A stretch of DNA of 43,414 bases from the IMG/VR virus record IMGVR_UViG_3300035139_000065, positions 1 through 43,414 of that record; one strand, written 5' to 3'. The stretch comes from a virus. Its lineage: Duplodnaviria; Caudoviricetes. A model generated the notes under the pieces. It made no database searches and was not told the DNA's origin. It saw only the letters and a program-made list of their open reading frames with translations. Numbering within the stretch: position 1 is the stretch's first letter; the number at the start of each line of letters is the position of its first letter. A program made the position numbers and the translations under genes. Shown here piece by piece: positions 43,295 to 43,414 of the stretch.

Positions 43295-43414
43295 TTTTCC
43301 CATTTCCTAAGCAATCACCTTGCTTTCGGTTGTTTTGCTTGGGTATGACATGAATGCCATAGCAAGGTTGTTACTTCCGCTTGTTTTCCCATTTCCTAAG
43401 CAATCACCTTGCTT
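43295..43414. repeat. 31-bp direct repeat containing an AAGCAA-N5-TTGCTT palindrome
   Basis: TTTTCCCATTTCCTAAGCAATCACCTTGCTT at 43295-43325 and 43384-43414. Confidence 0.9.

Noticed and set aside
1-43414. Genome-wide stop-codon reassignment
   Set aside because: Standard code gives intact full-length genes, and TAG, TGA and TAA all end genes followed closely by the next start. Only isolated cases (9319, 30596) raise the question.
41741-43414. CRISPR array or integron attC array
   Set aside because: Repeats are promoter/RBS headers separated by whole genes, with no regular spacers, cas genes, attC-like palindromes or integrase in the window.
1-43414. tRNA or rRNA genes, integrase, reverse transcriptase/DGR
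   Set aside because: None recognised by eye; tRNAscan-SE and HMM searches would be needed to exclude them fully.

Overview
The window is part of a large tailed (myovirus-like) phage genome, and essentially all credible genes are on the minus strand. The left part (1-19.8 kb) is the morphogenesis operon: probable small terminase, large terminase, a Cys-rich lytic transglycosylase, portal, MuF-like minor head protein, a 1189-aa multi-enzyme/prohead-protease fusion, scaffold, major capsid, fibre-like proteins, head-tail connectors and the start of the tail sheath. The middle (20-27.4 kb) holds a lysozyme-like gene, a lipoprotein, an exported metallophosphoesterase, a PC4-type ssDNA-binding protein, a stand-alone TSCPD (NrdJ C-terminal) protein and a DNA methyltransferase with an in-frame LAGLIDADG insertion. 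The right part (27.4-43.4 kb) is dozens of small, often Cys-rich hypothetical genes, a DenV-like glycosylase, a G/T-skewed non-coding stretch, a run of sigma54-promoter gene cassettes and an AT-rich repeat region. Main candidates for new biology: (1) the 1189-aa protein joining DenV-like, SAM methyltransferase, nucleotidyltransferase, ATP-dependent ligase/OB, LigD-type 3'-phosphoesterase and XkdF protease domains, with Lys cleavage-like motifs at the domain boundaries, suggesting a capsid-packaged, self-processing end-repair kit; (2) a prohead protease apparently split between two genes; (3) early genes each carrying their own sigma54 -24/-12 promoter in a repeated cassette header. All calls come from motif recognition by eye; no database searches were run.
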